In this document: piece after piece, positions 38,183 to 50,460 of the stretch | How the letters are laid out: each line of letters opens with the position of its first letter | Position numbering within the stretch: the first letter of the stretch is position 1 | NCBI RefSeq assembly: GCF_963921235.1 | Contig: NC_086108.1 | Span: forward strand, 87,918,001-87,982,000 | Source of the DNA: Mobula hypostoma | Taxonomy: Eukaryota | Direction of reading: 5' to 3' | DNA length: 64,000 nt | Made by a program: the position numbers and the translations under genes | Notes under the pieces: model-generated | The model's database searches: none | The model's input: only the letters and a program-made list of their open reading frames with translations | What the model was told of the DNA's origin: nothing

Positions 38183-38370
38183 CTCGCCAATGGATTTAAA
38201 TTCCAGTCGCTAACCGGCGCCCGAACGGCTCTCCCCCATTGGGCCAGTTGAATGAAAACAGGCACCCCATTGGAAGAGGGCAAGCGTGCCTCCTGATTTG
38301 ATGACAACTGAACCACGTTCGCATGCGTTCTAGGGGAGTGCTGCCAAATTGAAGCGGCGGATGCCATATT
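38183..38370 (-). promoter_or_regulatory. CDC20: Probable CDC20 promoter and short non-coding exon 1
   Basis: CpG-rich unique sequence. CCAAT boxes (minus) at 38238-38242 and 38269-38273, 31 bp apart; CHR-type TTTAAA at 38195-38200; candidate donor GAG|GTACCG at 38183/38182. Coding exon 1 starts with an acceptor, so an upstream exon is required. Confidence 0.65.
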
Positions 38371-39329
38371 TGGTCAAGGCAAAATAAGACCGTAAACTTT
38401 AATGCTAGCTGCCTTGCGAAGGTAAATAATAATTGTAGAGAGAGTAAATGTCAGGAATGCAAAAAGAGCGGATGAATGGAATGAATAGGGTTAAAAAAAA
38501 CTAAAATGCTGGATATACTCAGGCAATATCTGTGGTAAAGGAACAGTTAAAGTTTTATGTTAAACAGCAGAATAGACTGATCCCTTGAATTTTCAGTTTC
38601 TTTGTTTAAAGTGAAAATTTTGGGTTATAAAGATAGAGCTGGAAAGCATCACAGGTTAAGAAATGGCAGTTAATTTAAAAAAAAATAGAAATATTCAGTA
38701 GACCAGGAGCATCTTTGGAAAAAATGAACTGGATTCAAAAGGAAAGTGTTTGAAAAATCCGTAAAGAGGGCTATGGGCAGGACCCCTGGGCTGGAGGCCC
38801 TGATGGGCCCCTGCCGACACTGTAAAATGCTGCTGTACCAAGCAAAAAAAGGCAAGAACAAGAGCAAAGGTCGTACCAGTCAAAATATCAAAGCTGTGGA
38901 CCAAGGCATTGGTTTAGTACAATATGTAGGCTATAAACTTACAGGCCTTAAGAGGGAGGACAGAAAGTAATGCAGATTCTTAGTTTGAAGGACAGCATCT
39001 AAAGCACTCAAAAATTAACCTAGGCTTAGTTGGCTTAGTAAAGTTATGAGGGAGACGAAGTATGATGTACCCAATCTTAAATCTTTATTTAGCTATTGCT
39101 GCACATACCATTGGCCTTGTTTCTCAAACAATGCCAAAGCATTTTTATCTAGGTATTTTTCTCAACCGTGTGTTCTGAGAAAGTAAAATGGAAATGAGAG
39201 ACAAAAAGGCCAAGAGGAATGGCACTATGGCAAACTAGGAAACTTGACAATACTCCAACAATCTTTTTGAAAAGTGATATCTAGCACATATTAACCTATT
39301 GCTGTGCTGCGTGACTTGCAGAGTAAAGA

Positions 39330-39661
39330 TCACTTATTTGTAGACACACGCTGACTCGAACTGTTTTTGCAGTTCTGTATCCTTCCGCTGTCAGACACTA
39401 GTGTAACGTAGGTCAGTATCGTTTTCCTGTGGTGTTCACTATTTTCATGCTCTCCTATGCATGCAGCGGCATGTTTCCAGTCGCTAAAGCCAGTTTCGAA
39501 TATGGACTGACAGTTACCATCACTGAAGATGCGGCATGCAAAACAAAACACACAGCCGGTGGAAGGGGAATATAAGATCCATTTCCTTGATATGTACTCA
39601 CCATTTACGAGCTTGTGTTTGAAGTGAAATTTGGAGAAAAAAGTCTCTGCTGTTTGTATAC
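39330..39661 (-). mobile_element. hAT transposase fragment (TTF-type zinc finger, ZMYM1-like)
   Basis: RKWILYSPSTGCVFCFACRIF...GFSDWKHAAACIGEHENSEHH. Confidence 0.85.
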
Positions 39662-41031
39662 TCATTCTGAAGGGGTCGTGGAGTCAGGAATGAAATCACC
39701 TGGCACTCGTAACGGCTGCCCATATACCAACTCAGCCACAGACGACTGCACGTCCTCTTTTGTAGCAGTTCTGAGCACCAGCAGGACCCACAGGAGATGA
39801 TAATGCCAACGCTCGTAGGTCAGGGAAGCCCTTAGAGCAGACTGTAAGGAGCATAGGCTATTGGACTGCAAGTGATACACCGTGATGTGATGTAGCCTAA
39901 CGTCAAAGTCCTGGGCCACCGCAGCCCAGAGGTTTGATATCAAATGGGGACTGCTGCCAGAGGAAATATCAGATAGTACGCCAAACTGAACATCCCAGGT
40001 GCTGATGAACGCTCGAGCCATGTTTGTGGCCGTCACAGATGCTGGAGAGACGACCTTTGTCCACCTGCTGGTTGGATCCACCATGGTAAGGAGGTGTGTG
40101 AAACTGCGGGGGGGGGGGAGACGTGGAAAGGACCAACAAGGACCACATTGACATGGTCAAACCATCGCTCAGGGACCTCGAAAGGTGCCAATGGTGCCTG
40201 AACATATGGTTAATTTTTGTCCGCTGGCACTCCACACAAGCTAGAGTCCAATCACGTACATCCTTTCTGAGGTCACGCCAGACAAACTTTAGTGCAAGCG
40301 GTGTCTGTGAAGTCTTCCGGCCCAGATGCGAGAGACCATGTATAGAGTCGAAAACACTCTGTCTTCAGTTTGTGGGCATGATGGGGTAAGGGCGACTGGT
40401 TGAGACATCGCACAGGAGAGAAATGTCGGAAAAACAGCAGGGCTGTGACTGCTGTTCAGTAAGCTTAGATTTTCTGAGTTACTAACTTGGTTGGCTGCCA
40501 TGCCGGCACAGTCAATCTCTATGTTTACGGCCTCTATGGCTGGCCGTAAGAGGCCATCAGCTACAGCATTATTTTTCCCCTTGATATGTCATATGTCCAT
40601 TGTGAACTCCGATATGCAGGCCAGGTGGTGTTGCTGCCTTGCAGGGTCTGATGTTTCGGCCATTGCGTGCGCGAGGAGTTTGTGGTCAACAAATGCTGTG
40701 AAATGGCAACCCTCTAGAAGACAACGTAAATGGCAGGCAGCCAGCGAGAGACCGAGAAGCTTACGGTCAAATGTGCTGTGCTTGCTTTCAGGGTGACGGA
40801 GCTGCTGACTGAAGAAGGCGAGCAGCTATCACATGTCTCCGATCAGCTGTTCATGCACGGCTCCCACAGCATAGTCTGAGGCATCAGTTGCCATGGCTAT
40901 AGGTGCATTGGGGGCAGGGGTGCACCAGCAGGGTCATGTTAGAAAGAGTTCATTTGGTATCATCAAATGCCCAGGTCATGTCCGCTGACCAGTCACGCAC
41001 TTGATTAGGGGTATTGCCTTTAAGCACCCTA

Positions 41032-41566
41032 TACGGTTGCAAGAAAAAGTTTGTGAACCCTTTGCAATTACCTGGTTTTCTGCATTGATTATTCATAAAG
41101 TGTCAAATCTTCATCTAAGTCACAATAATAGACAAATACAATCTGCCAAAATGAATAACACACAAACAATTGACCTACTTCTCGTCAATACTGAATACAC
41201 CATTTAAACAATCATAGTCTAGGTTCAAAAAAGTAAGTGAACGTCTGGGTTAATGCCTTCTACAAAAGCTATTTGGAGTCAATGAGATGAGATTGGAGGT
41301 GTGGGTTGTAGAGGTGCCCTCCCCTATAAAAAAGACACACAAAGTCAGGTTACTGACAGAGCCTGTGCTTCTCAAGAAAGATCTCTTTATATGCACTATC
41401 CCTAGATCAAAACAATTTTCAGAGGATCTTAGAAGAAGAATTGTTGAAATGCATGAAGCTGGAAAAGGCTACCAAAACGTTTCTGAACACCTGAGTGTTC
41501 ATCAGTCCACAGTCAGAGAAATTGTCTACAAATGGAGGAAACTCAGTACTGTTGCTACTCTCCCTT
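41032..41566 (+). mobile_element. Tc1/mariner 5' fragment inserted in the Gypsy pol region
   Basis: TA followed by the TIR-like CGGTTGCAAGAAAAAGTTTGTGAACCC; HTH fragment PRSKQFSEDLRRRIVEMHEAGKGY..HQSTVREIVYKWRK. Confidence 0.88.
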
Positions 41567-43217
41567 TGGAAAAAAATTAACTTTCTGGCTAAACATGCTG
41601 CAAAGTCTTGGATGTGTGGGTCTAGGTAACAATCAGGGGTGGTGGCCCTGTTAATGTTTCAGTAATCGCCACATGGGCGGCAACCACCATCGGACATAGG
41701 GACCATATGGAGGGTGAAGTCCAGGGGCTATTCGACTGGCGTACAGTTCCAAGTCTTCCCATGTTGGTGTATTTGGCTTTCGCAGTTGCCAGCTTTTCTG
41801 AGTCCAGTCTACATGTGCGGGCACGGCCAGTTTGACAATGTGGTGCTTGACTCCATGTTTTGTGACTGTTATGGAGAATGTGAACTTGATGATGTCTGGG
41901 AATTCGCCCAGCAGTTATGTAAACTCACGTGCAGTGGTGCGTGTACTTAACAGAGTCATTGTGGAGAACTTACGGGGGGAGCAGAGTAACGACACAAAAT
42001 GTTTGACATCCACAAGCCGGCAGTTCTTAAGATAGACTAACAGTCCTTGGGCACAGAGGAAATCTGTATCGAGCGGAGGTCTTGCCACTTTAGCCGGGAC
42101 GAAGTCCCATGTGTAACATCGCCCACTGAAGCAGAGTGTCACCCATTGTGACCTGAAGGTCTGGATCCTGCTTCCACTGGCGACCTCAGCGAGGTTTCGT
42201 TGCTCTGTGCCTTCTCATCGATCGGCGTTGCTGGCAGCACGCTCACTTGAGCACCCGTGTCACACTCGAAGCGTTGCCCTGAAAGGGTGTCCGTAATGAA
42301 CAGCAGATGACCCTGGCGGCTGGAACCCACGCTGTTCACAGACCTCTGATGTTCCGATGTGCTGGCACTGTTGAAGCTGCAAGGCAGTCAACACTTCCTA
42401 GCGTTTCTACCAAAGTGAGAGCGGTAAAAGCACAGGCCCGGTGTTGTCTGTTTCGCAGCTGCAGGCATCCTTAAGTTGAGGGTCTTGCTGAACGGGTTAA
42501 TTGAGGTAGAGAAAGGAGGAAGAATGATGCACTACTGCCAAGCTGAGGGTAGACTATCAGCCATTTTAGCAAGCTCGCTATAGTCCTTCACAGGTGCATT
42601 AGCGAGGGCTGTGCGAACTTGATCAGGCATTTTCTGCATGAAGTTCTTTAAAAATAAAACAAGGATGGTGATTTCCCTGGAGAGACAGCATGTGGTCAAT
42701 TAGCTCCGAAGCCTCACCATTGTCGAGACCAGGTAAGGAGAGCAATTGTTTGGTGCGCTCAGACCAAAAGGGTGTAAAAAGTGAGTTTTCAGCATCGGTA
42801 TTTATTGTGTTCAGGCGGCCACTCACCACTCTCACAGCCATGGAGTTGCTGAGTGACGCCTCCAGTTAGTAAAATTTGGAGTTATCGGAGATTTCTCGCA
42901 GAGCAAACTGGGCCTCAGTTTGCATGAACCAAGCGACGGCATTTTGCTCCCAAAACTCCAGCAGTTTCAAAGCGATTGTGTTGGCCAACATGCTCAATAA
43001 CTCCGGAATCGTCTTAGAATATCGGGGTCAGCAATGTAGGTTTTCACAAATAAAACAAAGTGAGGCATTTTATGTTTAATGAAACCCATAACAATTTTAT
43101 TGTACTGCAAAACCTAAACACAAAAGCGTGCTAATAACTAGGTTATCATGTCAGACTAGCCTATTGAAAGGAAACACCAACTCAATATCGGTGGTTGTGA
43201 ATTATGTACATTTCTCC

Positions 43218-43787
43218 TGGGGTGTATGGGGTGTCAGGGAGGGGTAGCACCTCTGGTGGGGGAACATGTCGCGTCCTTTTCAGGTGGTTTGTCCACCTTT
43301 GGTCCCCATCTGGCACTCAGCTCTCACCTGTGGCTCCCCGTAGCTGTTTGCACGTAACAGCGGCCACACCCCGAGCAATGGCTTCGACAAGCCAGCTAAA
43401 CCAGGTGAGGGTAGCCGATGGGTCTCAAAGCCTCGGTGAGATAGAGAATTGTCTATCCCAGCATGTGAAGACAGACTCCAGCGGATTGGGCGGACGAGAC
43501 CAATGGAAGCTTCAACGGTCAAGAAGGCGGTCTCTGCAAGCGTCATGGAACATGTAGAGCAGGACAAGACACAGAAGACGTCCTGGTCATCCACTGCACC
43601 TAGTCCCATCTCCAGCCATCTCAACTCTTGTCTTTCCACTGGTTCCAGATGGGAATTGGGAAGAGAGAGTGAGGCTGACGCTGTGCAACTCTCCCTCACT
43701 TAAATCTAAATCAAGCGCTAGTCTTGACACCATCATCCTCCACATTGGTGTTGAGGTCTTTATCAACGATGATGGATGAACAACAAT
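43218..43787 (+). mobile_element. Short non-autonomous RTE-type retroposon inserted in the Gypsy LTR
   Basis: TSD ATTTCTCC at 43210-43217 and 43788-43795; (CAA)n-like tail; no RT ORF. The RTE assignment is inferred from the tail and the 5' ribozyme. Confidence 0.75.
43228..43411 (+). ncRNA. HDV-like self-cleaving ribozyme (predicted fold)
   Basis: P1 GGGGUGU/ACACCCC, P2 CUCACCUG/CAGGUGAG, P3 GGC/GCC, L3 starting UCCCCGU, P4 UGGCUU/AAGCCA and J4/2 GCUAA, all in HDV double-pseudoknot order. Confidence 0.75.
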
Positions 43788-43813
43788 ATTTCTCCCAATT
43801 ATGTTAGTCTACA

Positions 43814-44730
43814 ATGGATCAGCGTACAGAAGGGAGATTGAAAATCAGGCTGAGTGGTGCCACAACAACAACCTCTCCCTCAATGGCAGCAAGGCTAAGG
43901 AGCTGATTATTGACCTGGAGGTGGCCCATGAGCCAGTCCTCGTCGGAGGATCAGAGGAGGAGAGGGTCAGCAACTTTAAATTGCTCGGAGTAAGAGGACC
44001 TGTCCTGGACCCCGCAATTATGAAGAAAGCACAGCAGTGTCTCTACCTCCTTAGGTGTTTATGAAGGCTCAGCATGATATCTGAAACCTTCACAAACTTC
44101 TGTAGATGTATGGTGGAGAATTTATTGACTGGCTATATCACAACCTAGTATAGAAACACCAATGCCCTTGAACAGAAAATCCACAAAAAAGAAGCAGTTA
44201 CAGCCCAGTCTATATTGGGTAAAGCCCTTCCCATCCACACGAAGCATTGAGCACATCCACACGAAGCATTGTTACAGGTAAGCATCATCCATCATCAGGG
44301 TCCTCCACCAACCAGGATGTGCTTTCTTCTCGCTGTTGCCATCAGGAGGAAGCGACAGAAGCCTCAAACTCACACCACTAGGTTCAGGAACAGTTATTAT
44401 CCCTCAAACATCGGGCTCTTGAACCAAAGGGAATAACTTCACTGAACTGTTCCCACAACCTATGGACTCACTTTTCCGGACTGTTCATCTCATGCTCTTG
44501 ATATTTATTCCTTATTTATTTATTATTATTTTTTTCTTTTTGTATTTGCGCAGTTTGTTGTCTCTTGCATACTGGTTGAACACCCAGTTGGTGCGGTCTT
44601 TCATTGATTCTATTATGGTTATTATTCAATTATGGATTTATTGCGTATACGTGCAAGAAAATGAATCTCAGGTTTGTAAATGGTGACATATATGTACTTT
44701 GATAATGAATTAACTTTGAATTTGAACCTT
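43814..44730 (+). mobile_element. Rex1/Babar 3' fragment
   Basis: AYRREIENQAEWCHNNNLSLN.SKAKELIID...KKAQQCLYLLR; 3' UTR ending in (TTTGAA)n. Confidence 0.8.
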
Positions 44731-44916
44731 GAAGTTGGACTGAAGTGAGAAGGCCCAGGCCAGAGAGCGAGGAACAAGCGGATGTTTGGCCAATTTAAGT
44801 GCAGGGCCAGATTGAAAAGGTCAGGATGTCGGGGCCAGAGGTGAGGGACAGGCCGGTTTTCAGATCACTCCTCTGCGAGGTTTACTCATGTCTGCACTGA
44901 ACCGAGGCTGTGGCCT

Positions 44917-45455
44917 TGTAATATGAAGGGTTAGTTTACTTGCTGTTCAAAAGCTGCTTCCGCCATGCCGGTCATTGATTGGCCCATTCGGGGGATGCAG
45001 CACCTCTTTCCCATTGGCTGCCTTGTGCGCCACGGCACCGGTGTCCGGTTCTGGGCGCCTCAGTGGTATAAGTAGCACGTGCGAGAGACTCACGGGCTTT
45101 TCCTTTCTCTCCAGGACTCCTCTTCACACTGAGGGCGCGACCAGTGCTGAAGAGCCACTGGGAAAGTGTGCTGTAAATGTAGTAGGGTCCACACACACTT
45201 AGCTAAGTATCTGTTTATTGAATGTTTCGTTTTGTAGTTGTGTAACTTGAGGAGACCTAAGGAAGTTAGAGGTGTTACTGAATAATCAGTGTCACAGTTT
45301 TCATAACCTAGGGTGGCTTAGATGTGTTCTTGTCTGACTTAGAAGTTTGGTCAAATGTTTTACTGTTTGTCGGTAAATAAATGGCTAACGTGCTTATTCG
45401 TAATCAGTGTCTTCTGTTTCACTTATCAATCCCTTGAACCTGCTTTCCCGTAACA
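44917..45455 (+). mobile_element. Solo LTR (539 bp)
   Basis: TGTAA...TAACA termini; 5-bp TSD GGCCT (44912-44916, 45456-45460); internal CCAAT, TATAAG and AATAAA. Confidence 0.88.
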
Positions 45456-45639
45456 GGCCTGCAACTAACGGGCTCCTCATCCTGCTGCAGCAATAAACTG
45501 GCTTCGTGGCTCTGGACTCACTTTTGTGAACTTTAGTTCTGACTGTTGTTTGTTTACTTTTTACTGTTTGCATGATTTGTTCTCATTTTCACACATTGGT
45601 TGTTTGAAGGCCTTTTTGAAAAATGGGTTCTGCTGTTTT

Positions 45640-48350
45640 TAGAACATTGAACACTACAGCACAGGAATAGGCCCTTCAGCCTGCAATGTTATACTGAACC
45701 TGCTAAAAAGTAAATCAAAAAAACCCCAAAAACTAATTCTTCCTACCTACACAATGTCCATATCCCTCCATTTTCCTCTTATTCATGTGCCTATCTAAAT
45801 GTCTGTTAAAAGCTACTGATGTATTTGTCTGCACCACCACACCAGGCAGTGCATTCCGGGTGTTAATGACTCTCTGAGTAATAAACTTAACCCTCACATC
45901 CTCTTTGAATCTGCCCCTCTCACCAAAGCATGCCCTCTGGTATTAGACATTTCCACCCTGGGAATAAGATACACTCTGTCCACTCTGTCTGTGCTTCTTA
46001 TAATCTTATAAACCTCTATCAGATCTCCCCTCGGCCCTGGCTGCTCCAGAGAAAACACTGTCTTGGCCTTAACAGTGTACTGTCTCCTTGCATTTTCTCT
46101 ACCAGGGTGCAACATCTCACATTTATCTGGGTTAGACTTCATCTGCCATTTCTCAGCCCATATTTGCAGATGATCTATATAGTGCTTTATTCTTTGTCAG
46201 TTGTCTACACTATCCACAACTCCACCAATCTTGGTATCTTCATAAACTTACTAACCCACCCATCTAAATTTTCATCCAGGTCATTTATATAACTCACAAA
46301 CAGCAGAGGTTCCAGCACAGATCCTTGCAGAACATCGCCTAATTACAGACCTCTGATTTGAATAAGCACCTTCGACCACAATCAGTTCTGAGCCCAAAAC
46401 AGCCAATTCGCCGTGGACCACATGCATCCTAATCTTCTGGATTAGCCTCCTGTGAGGGACTTTATCAAAAGCCCTACTGAAATCCTTGTAGACAACATCC
46501 ACTACATCCTCATCAATCTCTCTCATCACTTTGTCAAGTACTCAAATCAAGTTGGTAAGACATGACTTGTCCTGCACAGAGCCATGCTGACTCTCCTTAA
46601 TTAGGCCATGGGTTTCCAAATGATCATATACCCTATCCCTAAGAATTTTCTCCAGTAATTTCCCTACAACTGATGTGAGACTAACCGGTCCATAGTTTCC
46701 AGGATTTTCCCTTGCTCCCTTCCTACATAAAGGTACAAAATTAGCCATTTAACAGTCCTCTGGGTTTTTATGACTGCCTGTAAGAAGACAAACTTCAAGG
46801 TTGTATGTAGTATACATGCTTCGATAATAAATGTAATTGGAACTTTGAAGTAACACAGGATTGGAACAGGTAGAATCCTTGTGGGTAGAGTTAAAAAAAC
46901 GGCAAGGGTAAAAAGATCTAGGTGGGAGTTATATATCTGAACAGTAGTCAGGACGTAGGATACAAATTACAATGGGAGATACAAAAGGCATATGTTATTG
47001 TTATGCACCAGCATCAATGGATATGAAACTGAGTCAGGTTTTTATAAATAAACAATGAAATTTATTAACCTCTACTTAGAAACATCAAAAAATAAATGAA
47101 CGACCAACTTAAATGGAAGTTAATGGTGTTATGCGTCTATAGTTATCAAACAGTCGAACTTAAAGACAATTCTTAACAGATCTTACTTAAGCTCAGTCTT
47201 AAGGTGATAGTTTAATGTCCATATGATTTATACAGTCATTAGGGAAAGACTTCCCCAAAACAACGATTCCTTCGAAGTAATGACGAATCTGCTGATCACA
47301 GCCGAGAGATGCCTTGTCTGAAGAAATCACGAAGAAATAAAGTGTCCTAAATGAACTGACCTTTTGGCTGGAGGGTGGTCACTGCACAAACCTTCCCGAG
47401 CTTGCAGGGGTTTAACTCAAATGTGCATGTCACAATTCCCGAATGAAAATTCAGAAAGGTCAATCATTCCCAAGACGCTGAACGACGTTAACTTTACCCA
47501 ATTCTTTGGGTTCGGATAACACTGTTAATGTCTTCATTCTCCGATACTGGACTGTAAGGGGAAAATAAACGTGCAGCAAACAAAACCGGTGGCGTCTCCA
47601 AAACATCCGACCGGCAACAACAATATTGCACCAAAAATAAAAATGAGAACTGTGTCACAGTGGTGGGCTTTTCTTTTATACCATGCCATCACGTGACATC
47701 AGATCACCCCATTATCACAAGACCATTACGTTATTCCAATAGCATGAGACCATTACATCATGCTCACGAAACAGGTAACATTATGATGGTCATTGGGGAT
47801 TTCAATATGCAGGCAGTTTGGGAAAATCAGGTTGGTGCTGGATCCCAAGAGAAGGAATTTGTAGAATGCCTATGAGATGGCTTTTTAGAGCAGCTTGTGG
47901 TTGAGCCCATTAGGGGAAAGGTAATTCTGGATTGGGTGTTGTGTAATTTACCAGATTTGATTAGGGAGCTTAAGGTAAAGGAACCCTCAGGAGACAGTGA
48001 TTGTAATATACTAGAATTCACTCTGCAGTTTGAGAAGCTAAAATCAGACATAAATATAGGAAAAGCGTAAAGGAAATTACTGAGGCATGAGAGAGGAGCT
48101 GGGCAAAGTTGACACCAGCAGGGATGACTGCAGAGCAGCAATGGCTGGAGTTTCTGGAATGAGGAAGATGCCAGCAGTATGCCAAAAAATTAAGAGTGTC
48201 AGGTAACAGAAGTGAGTGTAGTAGATATTACTAAGGGGAAATTGCTTGGGAAGCTGAAAGATCTGAAGGTAGATAACTCAGCTGGATCCGATTGACTACA
48301 CCCCAGGGTTCTGAAAAAGATAACTGAAAAGATAATGGAGGCATTATAAA
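45640..48350. repeat. Cluster of old CR1 fragments (minus 45640-46760; plus about 46860-48350)
   Basis: ORF remnants NPGNYGPVSLTSVVGKLLE, DFSRAFDKVPH and VIGDFN, homologous to the CR1 ORF2 at 52611-55538. Confidence 0.8.
46999..47780 (-). mobile_element. Solo LTR (782 bp) inserted in a CR1 remnant
   Basis: TGTTA...TAACA termini; 4-bp TSD TTAT; minus-strand TATAAAA near 47675 and AATAAA near 47061; the CR1 endonuclease sequence resumes after it. Confidence 0.85.
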
Positions 48351-50382
48351 CACAAAAAGAAATCCAGAGCAAGACACAGAAAATAATGGAAGAACTCAGC
48401 ATGTCAGGCAGCATCTATGTAAATTAATAAACAGTCAATGTTTCAGGCCAGGACCGTTCTTCAGGACTGGAAAGGAAGTGGGAAGAAGCCCGAATAAAAA
48501 GGTGGGGGAAGGAAGGAGGACTAGCTGGAAGGTGATAGATGAGTGAGTCTAGCTGATTAAATGGTCCACTGCCGGAGGGCAGCAGGGATCACAGGGAAAG
48601 CAGTGAGAGAGGGTCTCACTGAACTCCTGTCGAGGAGAAGATTTAAACTTCTTCAGGGTAGACATTCCTCAAAGAGATTTCACAGTGAAGTAGCAAATCA
48701 TAAACACAAGCCATTCTGCAGATGCTGGAAATCCAGAGCATCACACACAAGATGCTGGAGGAACTCAGCAGGTCAGGCAGCGTCTATGGAGTTAATACAT
48801 GTGGATTGTTCTGTGTCTGTACCTGCTGGAGTTTAGAAGAAAAAAAGGAGTATCTCATCAAACGCATTGAAACACTTTCAAGGATTCTTCATCTCATGTT
48901 ATCGATAGTTATTATTATCATTATTATTATTATTTCTTTCGTTTTGTATTTGCAGTTTGTTGTCTTTTGTATACAGGTTGAATGCCCAAGTTGGTGAGGT
49001 CTTTCATTAATTCTATTATGGTTATTATTCTGTTATAGATTTATTGCCTGCAAGAAAATGAATCTCAGAGTTCTATATGGTGGCATATAGTACTTTGATA
49101 ATAAATTTACTTTTTGAACTTTGAACTTTAAATGCCTAGACAGAGTGGATGTGGAGAGTACGTTCCTGATATTGGAGAATCTAGGACCAGAGGATACTGC
49201 TCAGAACACAAGGATGTCCCTTTAGAAGTTCAAATTCCAGTTTAATTATTGTTCAACCTACATGAATACAGCCAAATGAAACAGCATTCCTCTGGGGCAA
49301 GTTGTATAACATACACAGCACAAAGCACACACAGCAGCATTCAAGATAGCAAGCAAACATACATTCAAGCAAAAAAAAAGTCCGAGTCCCACAAATGGAT
49401 GGTGCAGTTCCTGGCAGTCCGCAGACAAATGCATGCACGCAATCCAGCTTGTCATTCTGCTGATTGAACGCGGGAGGTCAGCACGACAGGAGAGGCTAAC
49501 TCCCAGCCAAGCATGGATGCTGCGCTACACTACCTCTGGCATCTCCTCTCACGGACCGCAGCAGCAGGTAATCCGGCAGCTTGAGGCCTAGTCCTTGCCT
49601 CAACTGAGGTCACAAAGCTCTCCCGCCATATGTTGTGTCAACAAATAAGGGAAATGGGCCTGCGGAATCTTACATTATCAATATCCAACACGGGGTACTG
49701 TGATCGCAAGAGAAACAACTAAGACAATCACCCACTGTTACACTGCCCGGTGCCTTTGCACAGCACCTCTCACGGATTCGATGCCTTCCCGTAGCAGGCA
49801 GCAACACAGTCTGCACCGAGTCCAGCTCTTCTGCCAATGAGCAGCTGGCTGCTGGGGTAGACCTTCAGTACCCGGTTCTCAAAGTCCAGCGTTGTCTTGC
49901 AACCATAAAAAAGACAAAAACAGTTTTGGTTGGCCTCGTGAGGAGATCAAGTTATTGGGTATATTTAAATGAGATTGATAGGTTCTTGATTAGTAAGGGC
50001 ATCAAATGTTACGGGAAGAAGGAAGGAGTATGGGGTTGAAAGGAAAAATAAATCAGCCAGAATGGAATGGAGGAGGAGACTCAATAGGTCGTTTGGCCTA
50101 ATTCTGCTTCTGTGTCCCGTGGTCACCTGCCCAGTAGATTTCCCTTTTAGTCTCTCTTCAGCCCCATGTTTCCGACTATAACCCTGTTCACATGCCGATG
50201 GAATATGTGTGCATTTCAGTTTGCACTTAATATTTTCTAATGCTACTTCAACGTCTATCTTGTTTCCTTTTTTTACATACCCTTCAGAACAGTCTGTGGA
50301 GAGAACTATGAAGAATGGCCTGGATTGGGATTGACCTAGATCACCCTTGTGTTACCTCGCATGATGCGCTTGTGGTCAAACT

Positions 50383-50460
50383 GGGCACCACGGTAGTGTA
50401 GCGGTTAGTGCAACACTCTTACAGCTCGGAGCATTCCAGAGTTCAGAGTTCAATTCTGCA
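50383..50460 (+). repeat. tRNA-derived SINE head (related degenerate SINEs near 6510-6670, 12720-12900, 15630-15860, 31940-32195, 63100-63310)
   Basis: GGCACCACGGTAGTGTAGCGGTTAG (A box) ... GAGTTCAATTC (B box); no complete cloverleaf. Confidence 0.65.

Larger units (their letters stand above)
39662..43813 (-). mobile_element. Decayed Gypsy/Ty3 LTR retrotransposon (5' LTR, PBS, gag, PR, RT, RNase H, IN remnants)
   Basis: LTR termini TGTAG (43035) and CTACA (43813), interrupted by an insertion; PBS-like TTGCTGACCCCGA next to it. gag KLLEFW..AWFMQTEAQF; protease DTGAQVSVLP; RNase H TDASDYAVGA; integrase SVAELVYGQPLRVPGDF. Many stops; no 3' LTR seen. Confidence 0.9.

Noticed and set aside
3740..48790. 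Recurring AAATGCTGGAGGAACTCAGCAGG motif as an array or CRISPR-like repeat
   Set aside because: These are dispersed, diverged copies of the Penelope terminus with no regular spacing, in a eukaryotic context.
50383..50460. tRNA gene
   Set aside because: It has A/B boxes only, with no acceptor stem; it is a SINE head.
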